Part shown: positions 1-9,747 of the stretch, piece after piece | Layout: every line of letters begins with the position of its first letter | Position numbering within the stretch: the first letter of the stretch is position 1 | DNA from: a virus | Lineage: Duplodnaviria; Heunggongvirae; Uroviricota; Caudoviricetes | Virus record (IMG/VR): IMGVR_UViG_3300043427_004512 | Strand: one strand, 5' to 3' | Length of the DNA: 64,000 nucleotides | Position numbers and translations under genes: made by a program | The notes under the pieces: generated by a model | The model's database searches: none | Told to the model about the DNA's origin: nothing | What the model saw: the letters and a program-made list of their open reading frames with translations, nothing else

Positions 1-190
1 ATTTGAACTAAATAATCTCCTTTGTCCAATATTTCATCTCCTTTTTTTACATACACAGTAAAATCGAATGGTTCAGCATCAAATTCGCTTGTCAGCCATT
101 CATTACCCAATTTGTTGTAAAGTTTTGTAAGTTGTTTTGAGAGTTGGAATAAATTCATTTTTCTATGTTTAAAATATACATTTAATTTAT

Positions 191-505
191 TTAATCCTCT
201 TCATTTTTTTTACCACTATCTTTTGTTCCGAAATAATACGAGAAAATCATAAGTACCAAAGTACGAATAAGTTCAAAAAGTTGTTCATTTTGCTCTGGAG
301 CAATCAAACTCACTTTCCACGCAATTGTTTTATCTACAATGAATAGAGCAACAAGAGAAGTAAAAATGACCAATATAAATCTCACCAATATTTCTTTGGT
401 ACTTTTTGCAAACATTTGATAAACGAAATAAGTACTACCGATTATGAATCCAAGAGCGGTAAAAATACCCAACACCATTACTAATACATTATCTGATGAA
501 AACAT
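191..505 (-). CDS. small membrane protein (about 3 predicted TM helices)
   Basis: ORF track; hydrophobic segments GIFTALGFIIGSTYFVY, ILVIFTSLVALFIV. Confidence 0.4.
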   Translation of the reverse strand: MFSSDNVLVMVLGIFTALGFIIGSTYFVYQMFAKSTKEILVRFILVIFTSLVALFIVDKTIAWKVSLIAPEQNEQLFELIRTLVLMIFSYYFGTKDSGKKNEED

Positions 506-511
506 TTTTTT

Positions 512-901
512 TTAATTTGGTAATTTTAATAAATTTTGATGTATTCCAACAACAGCTAATTGACTCACGCTCACCGACCATAATGACTCATATTCTCCCA
601 AATTTAAATTAAACATACTATTAAGGCTTTTTTTGATAATCGATTCAATTTCAAATAACTCGGTTTTTTTCAATAAGTTTTCGGAGTTGTCTAAAATAAT
701 ATTTATTCTTCTTTCATTAACAATCGGTTGTCCTGGAGTACTTCCTAATATTTTTCCTTGCTCCGTAAAATATACTTTTTTAACAATAGAAAATTTTTGA
801 TAGATGAATTTTTCAATTAAACTATCCATTTTACTTTCTTTTATTATGTATTTCATATTCAATAAATACAAGCAAAAGATTTTCAATCTTTCTACATTCA
901 A
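512..901 (-). CDS. hypothetical protein
   Basis: 129 aa ORF, no recognisable motif. Confidence 0.35.
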   Translation of the reverse strand: MNVERLKIFCLYLLNMKYIIKESKMDSLIEKFIYQKFSIVKKVYFTEQGKILGSTPGQPIVNERRINIILDNSENLLKKTELFEIESIIKKSLNSMFNLNLGEYESLWSVSVSQLAVVGIHQNLLKLPN

Positions 902-923
902 AGATATTTATAAAGAAAAAATA

Positions 924-1580
924 ATGAAAAAAGAAATTTTAAGTGAGATTGACCAAATGAAATATCTTTTTGGATACAAGGCCGGAAAAGTAATCTCAGA
1001 ACAGACAAAACCTCTAAATCAAGACACAAAAAATATTAATTTAATTAAGGAAGTTGTTAGAAATTTATCTGAAGGAAAATTTCTTTTTATGAGTAAAGAA
1101 AATCCAGGTTTTCTAATAACTTCTGTTTCTAAAGAACCTGAGGGAAGAGATGGTCAGGACGTTGAAATTACTTTTAGAATGTTTGGACCATACAATCAAG
1201 TAGTTGGTGATTACCATAAAAGAACTAGATTATCTGCAAATCCGTCCAAAAAAATGGAAACTCCTGACTTAGGTAATTTAGATTGGAAACAATTGAATGA
1301 ATTACTTAATAAAGGTAATATTGGAGTTGCAAAAAAGACTGATGGTACTCTTTGGATTATTGATGACTTTCCTCCAGACAATAGTCCGTTACATACCCTT
1401 TACATAATGGCCATATCGTCTGGTGGTACTATAAATGATGAAAAACGTAAAAATGTTATTGATTATTTAAAAAGTATCGAACCAAAATCAGGTGAATGGA
1501 TTCTAAATGGTCTTTATAAGAATGACAAAGAAGAATGGACTCAATTAAATAATCTACTGAATCAACAACAAGTGAAATAA
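924..1580 (+). CDS. hypothetical protein with leader-A-like N-terminus (MKKEILSEIDQMKYLFGYKAGKVISEQ)
   Basis: ORF track 804..1580 trimmed to first ATG that does not overlap the minus-strand ORF; N-terminus ends KVISEQ, identical to the leader-A end of the 6181..7155 protein. Confidence 0.45.
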   Translation: MKKEILSEIDQMKYLFGYKAGKVISEQTKPLNQDTKNINLIKEVVRNLSEGKFLFMSKENPGFLITSVSKEPEGRDGQDVEITFRMFGPYNQVVGDYHKRTRLSANPSKKMETPDLGNLDWKQLNELLNKGNIGVAKKTDGTLWIIDDFPPDNSPLHTLYIMAISSGGTINDEKRKNVIDYLKSIEPKSGEWILNGLYKNDKEEWTQLNNLLNQQQVK

Positions 1581-1608
1581 AAAAGGGAACTATATGTTCC
1601 CTTTTTTT
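1581..1608. terminator. bidirectional rho-independent terminator (GGGAAC-tatat-GTTCCC plus T7; A-run on the other side)
   Basis: perfect hairpin between convergent genes 924..1580(+) and 1590..2033(-). Confidence 0.6.
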
Positions 1609-2033
1609 ATGAAAGAAATTGAAATACCTTCTATTTTATTTATATCATATTTAGAAAACCACCATCTGACATTATAAATTTTATTATCCCCATATAACAT
1701 AATTACCCAATGTTTAGGACTGTCCAATAATGAATTGTTATTTAAAGTCATAAAAGAAATAATTCTTTTATTTTCAAAAAAAGGTCGTAGTGAGTGAAAT
1801 TCGTTTAGGAAATCTTCAGTATTTGTAAACTGACGATAGTCAAAATCCATAGTGGAACTTTTATTCACAATAGTATCGATGCTTAGAAACAAAGTTTTAT
1901 TCTCATAAAATTGAATTCCGTTGAAATCAAAATTCAAGGTCTGATAAACTAATGATGGTATTTCTTCTTTAGAATGTTGAGCAATACTGATGTTATAAGT
2001 GAATAAAAATAAAAATAAAAAAAACTTTTTCAT
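1590..2033 (-). CDS. secreted protein with Bacteroidetes-type signal peptide (MKKFFLFLFLFTYNISIAQ)
   Basis: start moved to internal Met; hydrophobic N-terminus ends AQ. Confidence 0.45.
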   Translation of the reverse strand: MKKFFLFLFLFTYNISIAQHSKEEIPSLVYQTLNFDFNGIQFYENKTLFLSIDTIVNKSSTMDFDYRQFTNTEDFLNEFHSLRPFFENKRIISFMTLNNNSLLDSPKHWVIMLYGDNKIYNVRWWFSKYDINKIEGISISFIKKGNI

Positions 2034-2090
2034 ATTCTTTACAATTTGTCTCAAAATTAAAAATAAAAAATTGTAAAAAAAAATTATTAC

Positions 2091-2549
2091 TTATTTATTT
2101 TTGTCAAATTCTTTTTGATACTTCAAAAATTTAGAATATCCTTGTCTTTCTTTTTTAATTTGTTCAGGAGATTTCTTTTCTTTTGGGGGTAATTTTTCTC
2201 TGACAGGTTTTTTTCTTTCTTTGGGAGGTTCATCAGCGCCAATGAGGTTGGAAAAATTTACACCCATAAATTTTTCAGCAGTTTTCCTCACGCCAAAATT
2301 ATCATTTATCCAATCTCTAACACCATCTCTCAAATCTTTCATAGATTCAAAAAATAAATTTTCAGTTAATTTTTTTAAAATAGTTTTATCGAGTGTTGCC
2401 GTAGTTGGGGAGAGAATCATCAATAATTTGTCTCCAACATAAAAATTTCTACTATCTTTTTCAAATTTCATTATATGTCCGTCAAAAATCTCATCGAGCA
2501 TGTTATGTAATATGGAATCACTTTGACTTTCTGATATAATGATTTTCAT
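2091..2549 (-). CDS. leader-B protein (MKIIISESQSDSIL..)
   Basis: N-terminal leader of the MKxIISE(R)Q family. Confidence 0.55.
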   Translation of the reverse strand: MKIIISESQSDSILHNMLDEIFDGHIMKFEKDSRNFYVGDKLLMILSPTTATLDKTILKKLTENLFFESMKDLRDGVRDWINDNFGVRKTAEKFMGVNFSNLIGADEPPKERKKPVREKLPPKEKKSPEQIKKERQGYSKFLKYQKEFDKNK

Positions 2550-2561
2550 CTTTTTTTTTAA

Positions 2562-2903
2562 TTAATTTTCATCTTTAATACAATTATCTTCAAAATAATA
2601 AACTAAAATTTCACCGAAAAGATTTCTACATACCCTTCTTAAGTAATCCGTAATTTCACTATAGTCATCAATTTCTTCCATTTTAGGACCAACTTCGGTA
2701 TAAAAATAATCAATGGCATCATCTATTACAGCATCAGCATAATCATAACCATCATTGTGTTCATCACAATAGGGTGGATTATTTTTTCGTGATAGTGAGA
2801 CGAACTTTTCTAATGTGTTTTTATTAGCCCTCCTTATAATGGATAATGGAATCTTGGATTCTATTATTACATTATATTGTCTCTCATTTAAAAGGTATTT
2901 CAT
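2562..2903 (-). CDS. leader-B protein; cargo domain paralogous to 17895..18371
   Basis: ATG at 2903 gives MKYLLNERQYNVIIES; the track start at 2909 is TTG; cargo IRRANKNTLEKF..YDYADAVIDDAIDYF matches IRRRANRETLKAY..YEYAVAVIDYAIDKL. Confidence 0.6.
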   Translation of the reverse strand: MKYLLNERQYNVIIESKIPLSIIRRANKNTLEKFVSLSRKNNPPYCDEHNDGYDYADAVIDDAIDYFYTEVGPKMEEIDDYSEITDYLRRVCRNLFGEILVYYFEDNCIKDEN

Positions 2904-2942
2904 TATCAATAAATACTTTCACTCATTTGTTTATATGAAATT

Positions 2943-2968
2943 AAAAACCCCTCAATATGCGAGGGGTT
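2943..2968 (-). terminator. rho-independent terminator (CCCCTC-aatatgc-GAGGGG plus T-run on minus strand)
   Basis: hairpin directly downstream of the 2998..3321 gene. Confidence 0.55.
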
Positions 2969-2997
2969 CAGTATAAAGTTTCTAATTCGATGAGGGA

Positions 2998-3321
2998 TTA
3001 AGACATTACAGGGTTCTTTGCAGAACTTAAGAATTTAGATGAAACACAAGCCAATAAAGAAAAAGCCTTCATGCCAAGGTCCGCACCTTTATTCGTAATC
3101 TCTTTCATACAATCTGCCGATGATTGTGGCATTTTCCCTTGCATTAGTTCTGCTCCTGCAGCCATACATTTTCCATAATTTCTCATATCTACGCCACTAT
3201 CCTCAAAACATTTTTGTATTACATTCATAGGATTCTGAGATGGTGGTGCAGTTTGTTCTTCGAGAACCTTTCTTACTATTCTTTCTAAATCATTTTCTGT
3301 TAATCTTACTATCTTTTTCAT
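2998..3321 (-). CDS. leader-A protein (MKKIVRLTENDLERIVRKVLEEQ), Cys-containing cargo
   Basis: internal Met at 3321 restores the family-A N-terminus; upstream TATTTATAATA box. Confidence 0.55.
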   Translation of the reverse strand: MKKIVRLTENDLERIVRKVLEEQTAPPSQNPMNVIQKCFEDSGVDMRNYGKCMAAGAELMQGKMPQSSADCMKEITNKGADLGMKAFSLLACVSSKFLSSAKNPVMS

Positions 3322-3346
3322 AAATTTTTTATTATAAATATATTGT

Positions 3347-4213
3347 TTAGAATTCAAAAGCAGCATCTCCCAATCTATTCGAACCGTTTTTCTCTAAAAA
3401 CTTAGCCATATCGGTCAAATACTGATTTTTACCACGAGAAAGGTCAATCAAATCCCAATCTTTTATGAACCACCCGTCTTCTCCAAAACCAGGAATTACT
3501 GACCACGTACCTTTTTCTTTACCAGTAGTAGCGGCATTTACACCTGATGAACTATTCCAAATTATTTCTTCACCATTCGGCATTTTTACTACGATTACTT
3601 CTCTACCTAAAGGGTCATGATAGGGACCTTCAACTACTTTGACATTCTGAGGGGAAAATTTAGTGTTAGATTTCGGTAATCTACTTATAAAATTACTTTT
3701 TATTGAATTAAAAGAAGGACATGATTTTTGAGTACATCCTTTGATAGCAAATTTATTTTTAATTTGTCTCGAAAGAGCTGTAGGATTTTTCGGGATATAG
3801 CTACCATCTAATGGTTTTTTGTTTTTTAAAAAGTCATCCATTACACTTCTAAAGTCCGTTCCATCCGCAAGTTTACTCGGAAAATATTTCAATACTTCTT
3901 CTCGTCTCAATCTACCCTTAGCAACATTTAACAAAATTTCTTCAACTGTTTCCATTGGTATTGGTGCTGTTTCTAAACTTTTGGATATTAAATATGATTT
4001 CCCTTTTTGTGTTATTACGTTTGGTGATTTGAATTTTATATATAAAAAGTTGTCAAAAGACTTTACAGCATCATCCGAAAAATATTTGAATATATCATCG
4101 AATGTATTTGAGAAGAACGATTTTAAATTTTTTTGTTCTTCGAGTCTTTTAACGGAATATAATTTATCAACTATTATTTTTTTTTGTTGTTCTGATATAA
4201 TCAACTTTTTCAT
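3347..4213 (-). CDS. leader-B protein (MKKLIISEQQKKIIVDKL..), 288 aa
   Basis: family-B leader; variable cargo. Confidence 0.55.
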   Translation of the reverse strand: MKKLIISEQQKKIIVDKLYSVKRLEEQKNLKSFFSNTFDDIFKYFSDDAVKSFDNFLYIKFKSPNVITQKGKSYLISKSLETAPIPMETVEEILLNVAKGRLRREEVLKYFPSKLADGTDFRSVMDDFLKNKKPLDGSYIPKNPTALSRQIKNKFAIKGCTQKSCPSFNSIKSNFISRLPKSNTKFSPQNVKVVEGPYHDPLGREVIVVKMPNGEEIIWNSSSGVNAATTGKEKGTWSVIPGFGEDGWFIKDWDLIDLSRGKNQYLTDMAKFLEKNGSNRLGDAAFEF

Positions 4214-4217
4214 ATTA

Positions 4218-5066
4218 TTAATTTTCTTTTATACTAGCAAGTAAATCCTGTAATCCTTTAAGATTATCTGGTCTGCTTTTATATGTATCTGTTTGAAATT
4301 CTACAGGTACAGGCTTATCAGGTCTCCACCCTTTATCCCAAGCCAAATTCAAAAGTTCATTATCTTTTTTGTTTCCTGAACTACCGAAAGCGGATTTAAC
4401 AAAATCCCAATCAAATCCTTCAACAGAGGTTTTAACTTTAGGAGTACCTCCTCGAACAATGTCATAACCCTTACTATATCCTACACCTGCTGCAGTATAA
4501 ACCGCGGCATCTTTACCTAAATTCTTGGCTCCTTGGACTACTGCTTGTTTTTTTAATTGTTTTTTTGCAAGTTCTTTTCCTGCACGAATTGAAGCATCTT
4601 GTCCAAGTTTCTTCATTCCATCTTCTATGAGTTTTCTATACTGAGCAACTTTTTTAACAACCTCCTCTTCTACTTGTGACAACTTGGTCCCGAATGATAA
4701 TTTTTTCCCGATTTCTGCCAAAGCTTTGCTTCCCCAACCAGATAAACCGATTTTTACAGCCAACCCTCCCACTAAAGGAATTGCACTAAATAATCCAACT
4801 AAACCAGCAGTTTTTTTATCACCATCATCCCAGTACAATTTAGCGTCAGCTAAACCAATTCCAATAGATATTAGAGGACCAATGACTGGAACGAACGATG
4901 TACCAATTTGGTGAATAGTGAGTATTTCATGGGGCGATAAACCTGTTTGTTCAAAAGATTTTCTAATAACGTCTGGCTTTTGATAATCATACCCACCTGG
5001 TGGTGCTAACGTTATTGGTTGCTCAGAAACTATTTTATATTGTCTTTCAGAAATAATAATTTTCAT
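4218..5066 (-). CDS. leader-B protein (MKIIISERQYKIVSEQ) with glycine-zipper hydrophobic core
   Basis: leader plus GTSFVPVIGPLISIGIGLA...LVGLFSAIPLVGGLAVKIGLSGWG. Confidence 0.55.
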   Translation of the reverse strand: MKIIISERQYKIVSEQPITLAPPGGYDYQKPDVIRKSFEQTGLSPHEILTIHQIGTSFVPVIGPLISIGIGLADAKLYWDDGDKKTAGLVGLFSAIPLVGGLAVKIGLSGWGSKALAEIGKKLSFGTKLSQVEEEVVKKVAQYRKLIEDGMKKLGQDASIRAGKELAKKQLKKQAVVQGAKNLGKDAAVYTAAGVGYSKGYDIVRGGTPKVKTSVEGFDWDFVKSAFGSSGNKKDNELLNLAWDKGWRPDKPVPVEFQTDTYKSRPDNLKGLQDLLASIKEN

Positions 5067-5080
5067 AATCTATAAATACG

Positions 5081-6163
5081 TTATTTAATTAATTCAGCAA
5101 ACAAATACCAATCATATCCACCGGGTTTTGAGCTAGCAAATTCACCAGGTAGTTGTATTTTTCCACTCTTGATTAACTTATAACCTTTAGATTCTTGGGC
5201 TCTTTTAGATTCATCATTAATTGCCAAAACAACTTTTTTAATCTTTAGATTACCTAGACCTACCGTCATCCTGAAAAGGATTTCATTTCCATTTGGGATA
5301 TATTTTAGTTCAACAGAATCTATTGAGTATAATTCACCTTCAAAAATGTTTTCTTCAGACCACTTTTGTAGTTTTTTACTCAACTCATTGAAAGCATCTT
5401 TTTTCAAGTCTACGTGTACGAGAAAATTTTCACTTTCCACCGAACTATTAGGTTTTGTGTTATTAGTATTTGTTTTGTTCTCAGAATCAGTAGGAAAATA
5501 TTTTTCCATAATCTGTGAAATATCCGCACCATTCCACATTTCTGCTATAATCTTTGGTCTGTTTTTCCATGATATTTCAAATTTTTGTTTGTATTCTTTT
5601 ACTTTATCTTCAGTCGGTTGTTCACCTGGTTTCGTTGGCGGCGTTAAAGATTTGTATTGTTCAACAATTTTAGAAATATATTTATCATAATAGTCATTAA
5701 TAGTTCCATCTTTAATTTTCTGTTTTACTAAATTGTAGGCATTGTTTCTGTAATCAACATCCGAAATTATTTTACCCCTATCCAAAGAAGGGTTTATAGC
5801 TTGAGCTAATCCTGCAATCCATCTATATTCTTTACCCACAGAGGAACCCGCTTGAAACATGAAAGAGTATATCTGTATTCTAAACAAAGGGTCTATCTTA
5901 AACCATTCCTTTTCAGTCAATCCATTTGGAAAATCTTTTATATATTTTTTTATTACTCCTTCAAGTTCGTCTCCCTTATGAGGCGTAGGTGCAGGTTTCC
6001 ATGTACCTCCGACTTTTTCTGCCGTACCCATATTGTTCTCAATATCCTCAATTATTTCATACCCTTTGGAAGGTATTAAACCATCTTTATACTGTTCATT
6101 CAACAACCCGTACATTTTTAGAATTTCACTTCTATCTGATTCTGATATAATAACTTTTTTCAT
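5081..6163 (-). CDS. leader-B protein (MKKVIISESDRSEILKMYGLLNEQ)
   Basis: internal Met at 6163 gives the family-B leader; the track has an N-extension. Confidence 0.5.
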   Translation of the reverse strand: MKKVIISESDRSEILKMYGLLNEQYKDGLIPSKGYEIIEDIENNMGTAEKVGGTWKPAPTPHKGDELEGVIKKYIKDFPNGLTEKEWFKIDPLFRIQIYSFMFQAGSSVGKEYRWIAGLAQAINPSLDRGKIISDVDYRNNAYNLVKQKIKDGTINDYYDKYISKIVEQYKSLTPPTKPGEQPTEDKVKEYKQKFEISWKNRPKIIAEMWNGADISQIMEKYFPTDSENKTNTNNTKPNSSVESENFLVHVDLKKDAFNELSKKLQKWSEENIFEGELYSIDSVELKYIPNGNEILFRMTVGLGNLKIKKVVLAINDESKRAQESKGYKLIKSGKIQLPGEFASSKPGGYDWYLFAELIK

Positions 6164-6180
6164 TTCAAAAATATTTTTTT

Positions 6181-7155
6181 TTAATAGTAAAGGTAATTCC
6201 AAGTCTCTCTGCCGACAATACCATCTTTACCTTTTAATCCGCTTTTAATTTGCATTTGTTTAACTGCCTTTCGTGTTTTAGGACCATAGATTCCATCACA
6301 TGATTGTTCGTTTTCACCACAATTTCCGGGATTTGAATTATCGTCTTTTAACTCGAACTGAACTTTTTTAACCAAGTCTCCACTACTTCCATTTCCTAAT
6401 ATATGTGTACCATCTAAAATCTGTTGTTCTGTAGTTGCATATCCTTTAGCTCTTGTTGTTTGCTCGGTTTTATAATCTCCACTCAAAACCGGTTTTGTTC
6501 CGTCCCAAGTCCATTGGAGTATCCTAACATACCCTCCGTCAGCCATATCTTTTTTAGCAATCTTAACCTTCCCATCATTTAGAAAAGCTATAATGTGTTC
6601 ATTATTTTTGAGTAGTAATTTAGAATCTCCTTCTTTTTTGGTTAAACTTTCTTTCGAAAAATCAGGTGGAAATCCATTGGACTCAAGGTATTGTTTTACT
6701 TTTGTCCAATTATCAACATTTGGGCTTGCTGCGGGGGCTGCGACGGTTTTTGGAGACAACTTGAAATTTTTGTAAAGATGGTCTTCCAAAGTATACGGTA
6801 CTTTTAATTCTTTAAGTTTTTCCAAAACCTTTTTCATGTCATTTTTGTTGTTGAATCCAAAACCAATTATACTTCCGAGCTCAAATTCACCTCTAATCAT
6901 TTCATCAAACGAACCATATCCTGTTTTTTTATCCTTAAATGTATCATTTAATTTATAAAATTCTTCGGGAGTTTTAATTAATGAAAGTCCGCTGATAATA
7001 TCTTTTGGACGAGTTCCTCCCCATGATTCACCTTTAGCACCTTTTATCATGTATTGATAAGCTTTCGATATATTATCTGTTTGGGCCTGTTCAGAAATTA
7101 CTTTACTAACTAAACGAACCAACTCTGATTCAGTTAATCTTACAACTTTTTTCAT
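6181..7155 (-). CDS. leader-A protein (MKKVVRLTESELVRLVSKVISEQ) with C-terminal peptidoglycan-binding (PG_binding_1-like) domain
   Basis: leader; C-terminus KTRKAVKQMQIKSGLKGKDGIVGRETWNYL matches the PG-binding 1 motif (DGI.G..T). Confidence 0.6.
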   Translation of the reverse strand: MKKVVRLTESELVRLVSKVISEQAQTDNISKAYQYMIKGAKGESWGGTRPKDIISGLSLIKTPEEFYKLNDTFKDKKTGYGSFDEMIRGEFELGSIIGFGFNNKNDMKKVLEKLKELKVPYTLEDHLYKNFKLSPKTVAAPAASPNVDNWTKVKQYLESNGFPPDFSKESLTKKEGDSKLLLKNNEHIIAFLNDGKVKIAKKDMADGGYVRILQWTWDGTKPVLSGDYKTEQTTRAKGYATTEQQILDGTHILGNGSSGDLVKKVQFELKDDNSNPGNCGENEQSCDGIYGPKTRKAVKQMQIKSGLKGKDGIVGRETWNYLYY

Positions 7156-7221
7156 ATTAAATTATTCTCTACAATAAATACCGCATCCGACCTGATTTGG
7201 ATTAATTAAACGATAGGAAAT

Positions 7222-7245
7222 AAAAAACCCCTCACAATGGAGGGG
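7222..7245 (-). terminator. rho-independent terminator (CCCCTC-acaatg-GAGGGG)
   Basis: hairpin plus T-run on the minus strand downstream of 7270..8286. Confidence 0.55.
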
Positions 7246-7269
7246 TAATTTATTTTTTAAAAGTTTTTT

Positions 7270-8286
7270 TTAATAAAGTCTTAATCCTTCAATTCTAATT
7301 CCATTACTTCCACAATCAACTTGGTATTGACTCTTTCCGGGTCTCGTTGAAACAACACTCTTGAGGTGGTTACAAATTTCCAAATATGTATCAGAATCTA
7401 ATGGCTTTTTGTTTAAGTATGTAGCCAAATCCATTCTTCTTGCGTTATAGATTTCTTGATTTAGTTGTTCCAAGTCTGAGAAAGTTTCAAGTCTTTTGAT
7501 TCCAAAAATAATACTATCTTCATCGGGCACTGAGTAAGTATCATATTTATCTTCACCAAGTCCTATATAATCTAAAATTTTATCGATAAAATCTTTACCT
7601 CTTTTAACACTAAGTAGTTTGTTAGGTGATTGAACATCTCTACTGCTTAAAGCTACACCTCTTTGGTCCAAACCTCTTGTTTCAATCGGTCTCATAATTA
7701 TTGTTCCAAATCTCTCTTTATCATTTGGTTTTACCTTATTCGAATCATAAAAATTGAAATTGAATTTTGTTGGTTCATAATTACTTGATTGCATCGAAAT
7801 GAGTTGTTCTATTTTGTCTGTTCTAATACCCAATTCTTTGAAAACTTCCGTTATTATATCAATGAATAATTTTTTTCTCATCCTCGAAACATTTACATTT
7901 TGGTCAGGTGTACCTGTTTGAGAAGTACCAACGTTAATTTCAAAAATCTGAGGTAATTTATACTTACTATCGATAAATCTTTCAATAGTATCTTTCATAT
8001 TCTCAAGATAAGATTTGATTTTATCTTTAACCATTTTTCTTGTTTCAGGTCTCATATTAGCCTTTCCTTCATCAAATGCAAAACCTCCCTGAAGTGCTTG
8101 TCCAGTATGAACTGGTTCAGGTTCCATTTCGTTTAAAATTACAGATTCAGAAATTGGCTTAACATCTCCAAGTTTCGATTCTATTAAAGTTTTAAATTTT
8201 GACGTATCAATTTTAATTCTGTCTGTGTGTTGTTCACGGATTGCATTTTTTTCTTGCTCCGTCAAATTATTCAATATGTGTTTCAT
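7270..8286 (-). CDS. hypothetical protein, 338 aa
   Basis: long ORF flanked by terminators. Confidence 0.5.
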   Translation of the reverse strand: MKHILNNLTEQEKNAIREQHTDRIKIDTSKFKTLIESKLGDVKPISESVILNEMEPEPVHTGQALQGGFAFDEGKANMRPETRKMVKDKIKSYLENMKDTIERFIDSKYKLPQIFEINVGTSQTGTPDQNVNVSRMRKKLFIDIITEVFKELGIRTDKIEQLISMQSSNYEPTKFNFNFYDSNKVKPNDKERFGTIIMRPIETRGLDQRGVALSSRDVQSPNKLLSVKRGKDFIDKILDYIGLGEDKYDTYSVPDEDSIIFGIKRLETFSDLEQLNQEIYNARRMDLATYLNKKPLDSDTYLEICNHLKSVVSTRPGKSQYQVDCGSNGIRIEGLRLY

Positions 8287-8317
8287 AAATTTATTTTTAT
8301 ATAAATATTAAAATTAA

Positions 8318-8343
8318 ATAAAAATCCCCTCTTGTGAGAGGGG
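8318..8343 (-). terminator. rho-independent terminator (TCCCCTC-ttgtga-GAGGGGA)
   Basis: hairpin plus T-run downstream of 8356..8715. Confidence 0.55.
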
Positions 8344-8355
8344 ATTTGATATTTT

Positions 8356-8715
8356 TTAATCCATTCTTTTCATTCTGAGTTTAACAGGACCATCTTGTTG
8401 ATACCTGTCCCAATATCCTTTACCAGGACTTCTGTCTCCCTTGAAACCTTTTGCACCAAACGACCACTTGTTTTCAGGGAAATCTGTATCTGTTTGAGAA
8501 ATATATTCTTCAAAATCCTCAGGACCAAATTCAATTTCTTCATCATAATCAAATTCACCTTTTACTGGTGAGTCCATTTCATCATACCATCTATCCTTGT
8601 GTCCCAAATAGCCCTTTTTTCTCATGGGTAATTCTTTATCCAATTCTGACTCTTTAACTATTTTTCTAACCAATCTGACCAGCTCAGATTCAGTTAATCT
8701 TACAACTTTTTTCAT
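8356..8715 (-). CDS. leader-A protein (MKKVVRLTESELVRLVRKIVKES)
   Basis: first 17 aa identical to 6181..7155, with synonymous nucleotide differences. Confidence 0.6.
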   Translation of the reverse strand: MKKVVRLTESELVRLVRKIVKESELDKELPMRKKGYLGHKDRWYDEMDSPVKGEFDYDEEIEFGPEDFEEYISQTDTDFPENKWSFGAKGFKGDRSPGKGYWDRYQQDGPVKLRMKRMD

Positions 8716-8765
8716 ATTAAATTATTTTACAATAAATATATTGTCTGACCCATTTGTTTAAGATA

Positions 8766-9044
8766 TTATTCATATGAACTCAGGACATCATCAACCATAT
8801 CAAAAAAATCATCCTTTTCATCCTGACTTATATCTTCGTTAAATTCTACCATCCTTGCCAATTGTTTAACCTGTCCCAACATATCATAAAGTTCATCAGA
8901 GCCAGGTTCCAAAGATTCCATTTGACTAACAATTACTTCCAACTCCACTATATAATCTTGTAAGTTATCAAACCTTTCCTCGTTTATTAATCTATATATT
9001 ATTCCCTTCAAATCAGATTCAGTCAACCTTATAACTTTTTTCAT
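8766..9044 (-). CDS. leader-A protein (MKKVIRLTESDLKGIIYRLINEE), acidic cargo
   Basis: family-A leader. Confidence 0.55.
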   Translation of the reverse strand: MKKVIRLTESDLKGIIYRLINEERFDNLQDYIVELEVIVSQMESLEPGSDELYDMLGQVKQLARMVEFNEDISQDEKDDFFDMVDDVLSSYE

Positions 9045-9195
9045 CTTAATTTATTTACAATAAATACTCCGACCCATTTGTTTTAGATGGTCCGTCATGA
9101 GGGGGGATATTCGACCCGACGAAGTCGGTCGGGGACCGTCGGTCAAAAAAAGGGGGTATGGGGGATTGTTGTTCGTTTCCGGCTGCAGACAGAGA

Positions 9196-9435
9196 TTATG
9201 GATACAACATAGTTCTGCTTTCAACACCAGCAGCTCTTTTAAGTTCAAAAACATAACGGGAAATACTATCATGAGCCTTAAAATATTCTTTAATATCACT
9301 AGGAATCATAACAATATCAATATATTGTCCATACTTATCAACCGATACTCGTTCTATAACGGGAAACTTCTTCATAAAAAGTTCGCTATTCAATAACTTT
9401 CTTAAAATTGCAATATCACGTTCCAACTTGTCCAT
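9196..9435 (-). CDS. hypothetical protein
   Basis: 79 aa ORF. Confidence 0.35.
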   Translation of the reverse strand: MDKLERDIAILRKLLNSELFMKKFPVIERVSVDKYGQYIDIVMIPSDIKEYFKAHDSISRYVFELKRAAGVESRTMLYP

Positions 9436-9441
9436 ATATAA

Positions 9442-9747
9442 TTAACAATTTTTTCTATGATTATAATAATATTCAGTAAGGTCAACATAAAATAGGTCCT
9501 TCAATTCTTCAAAAACACCATTATAGTCAAAACCATCAATTAAATAATATGACTCATGAATATCATCCATTAAATTATGATAAAATAGGGGTTCGTATTG
9601 TTCAAAGGAATCATAAACACAAGGGTCCATATACTTTAATGTTTCCATAAAAGTTTTTTTAACCAACTTGTATCTCCTTATTATCCATAACCTGTTAGAA
9701 GAATTAAGTATTCTTTCATATTGGTCTTCTGTTATGACATATTTCAT
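9442..9747 (-). CDS. leader-B variant protein (MKYVITEDQYERIL..)
   Basis: internal Met at 9747; the track N-extension is hydrophobic junk. Confidence 0.45.
   Translation of the reverse strand: MKYVITEDQYERILNSSNRLWIIRRYKLVKKTFMETLKYMDPCVYDSFEQYEPLFYHNLMDDIHESYYLIDGFDYNGVFEELKDLFYVDLTEYYYNHRKNC

Noticed and set aside
2221-2442. Antisense ORFs inside longer genes (2221..2442, 3819..4244, 4684..4914, 5346..5690, 17687..18082, 27593..27882, 54261..54773 and similar)
   Set aside because: They are embedded in the opposite strand of better-supported genes. They have low-complexity, F/L/S-rich translations typical of AT-rich antisense frames, and no start context or motifs.
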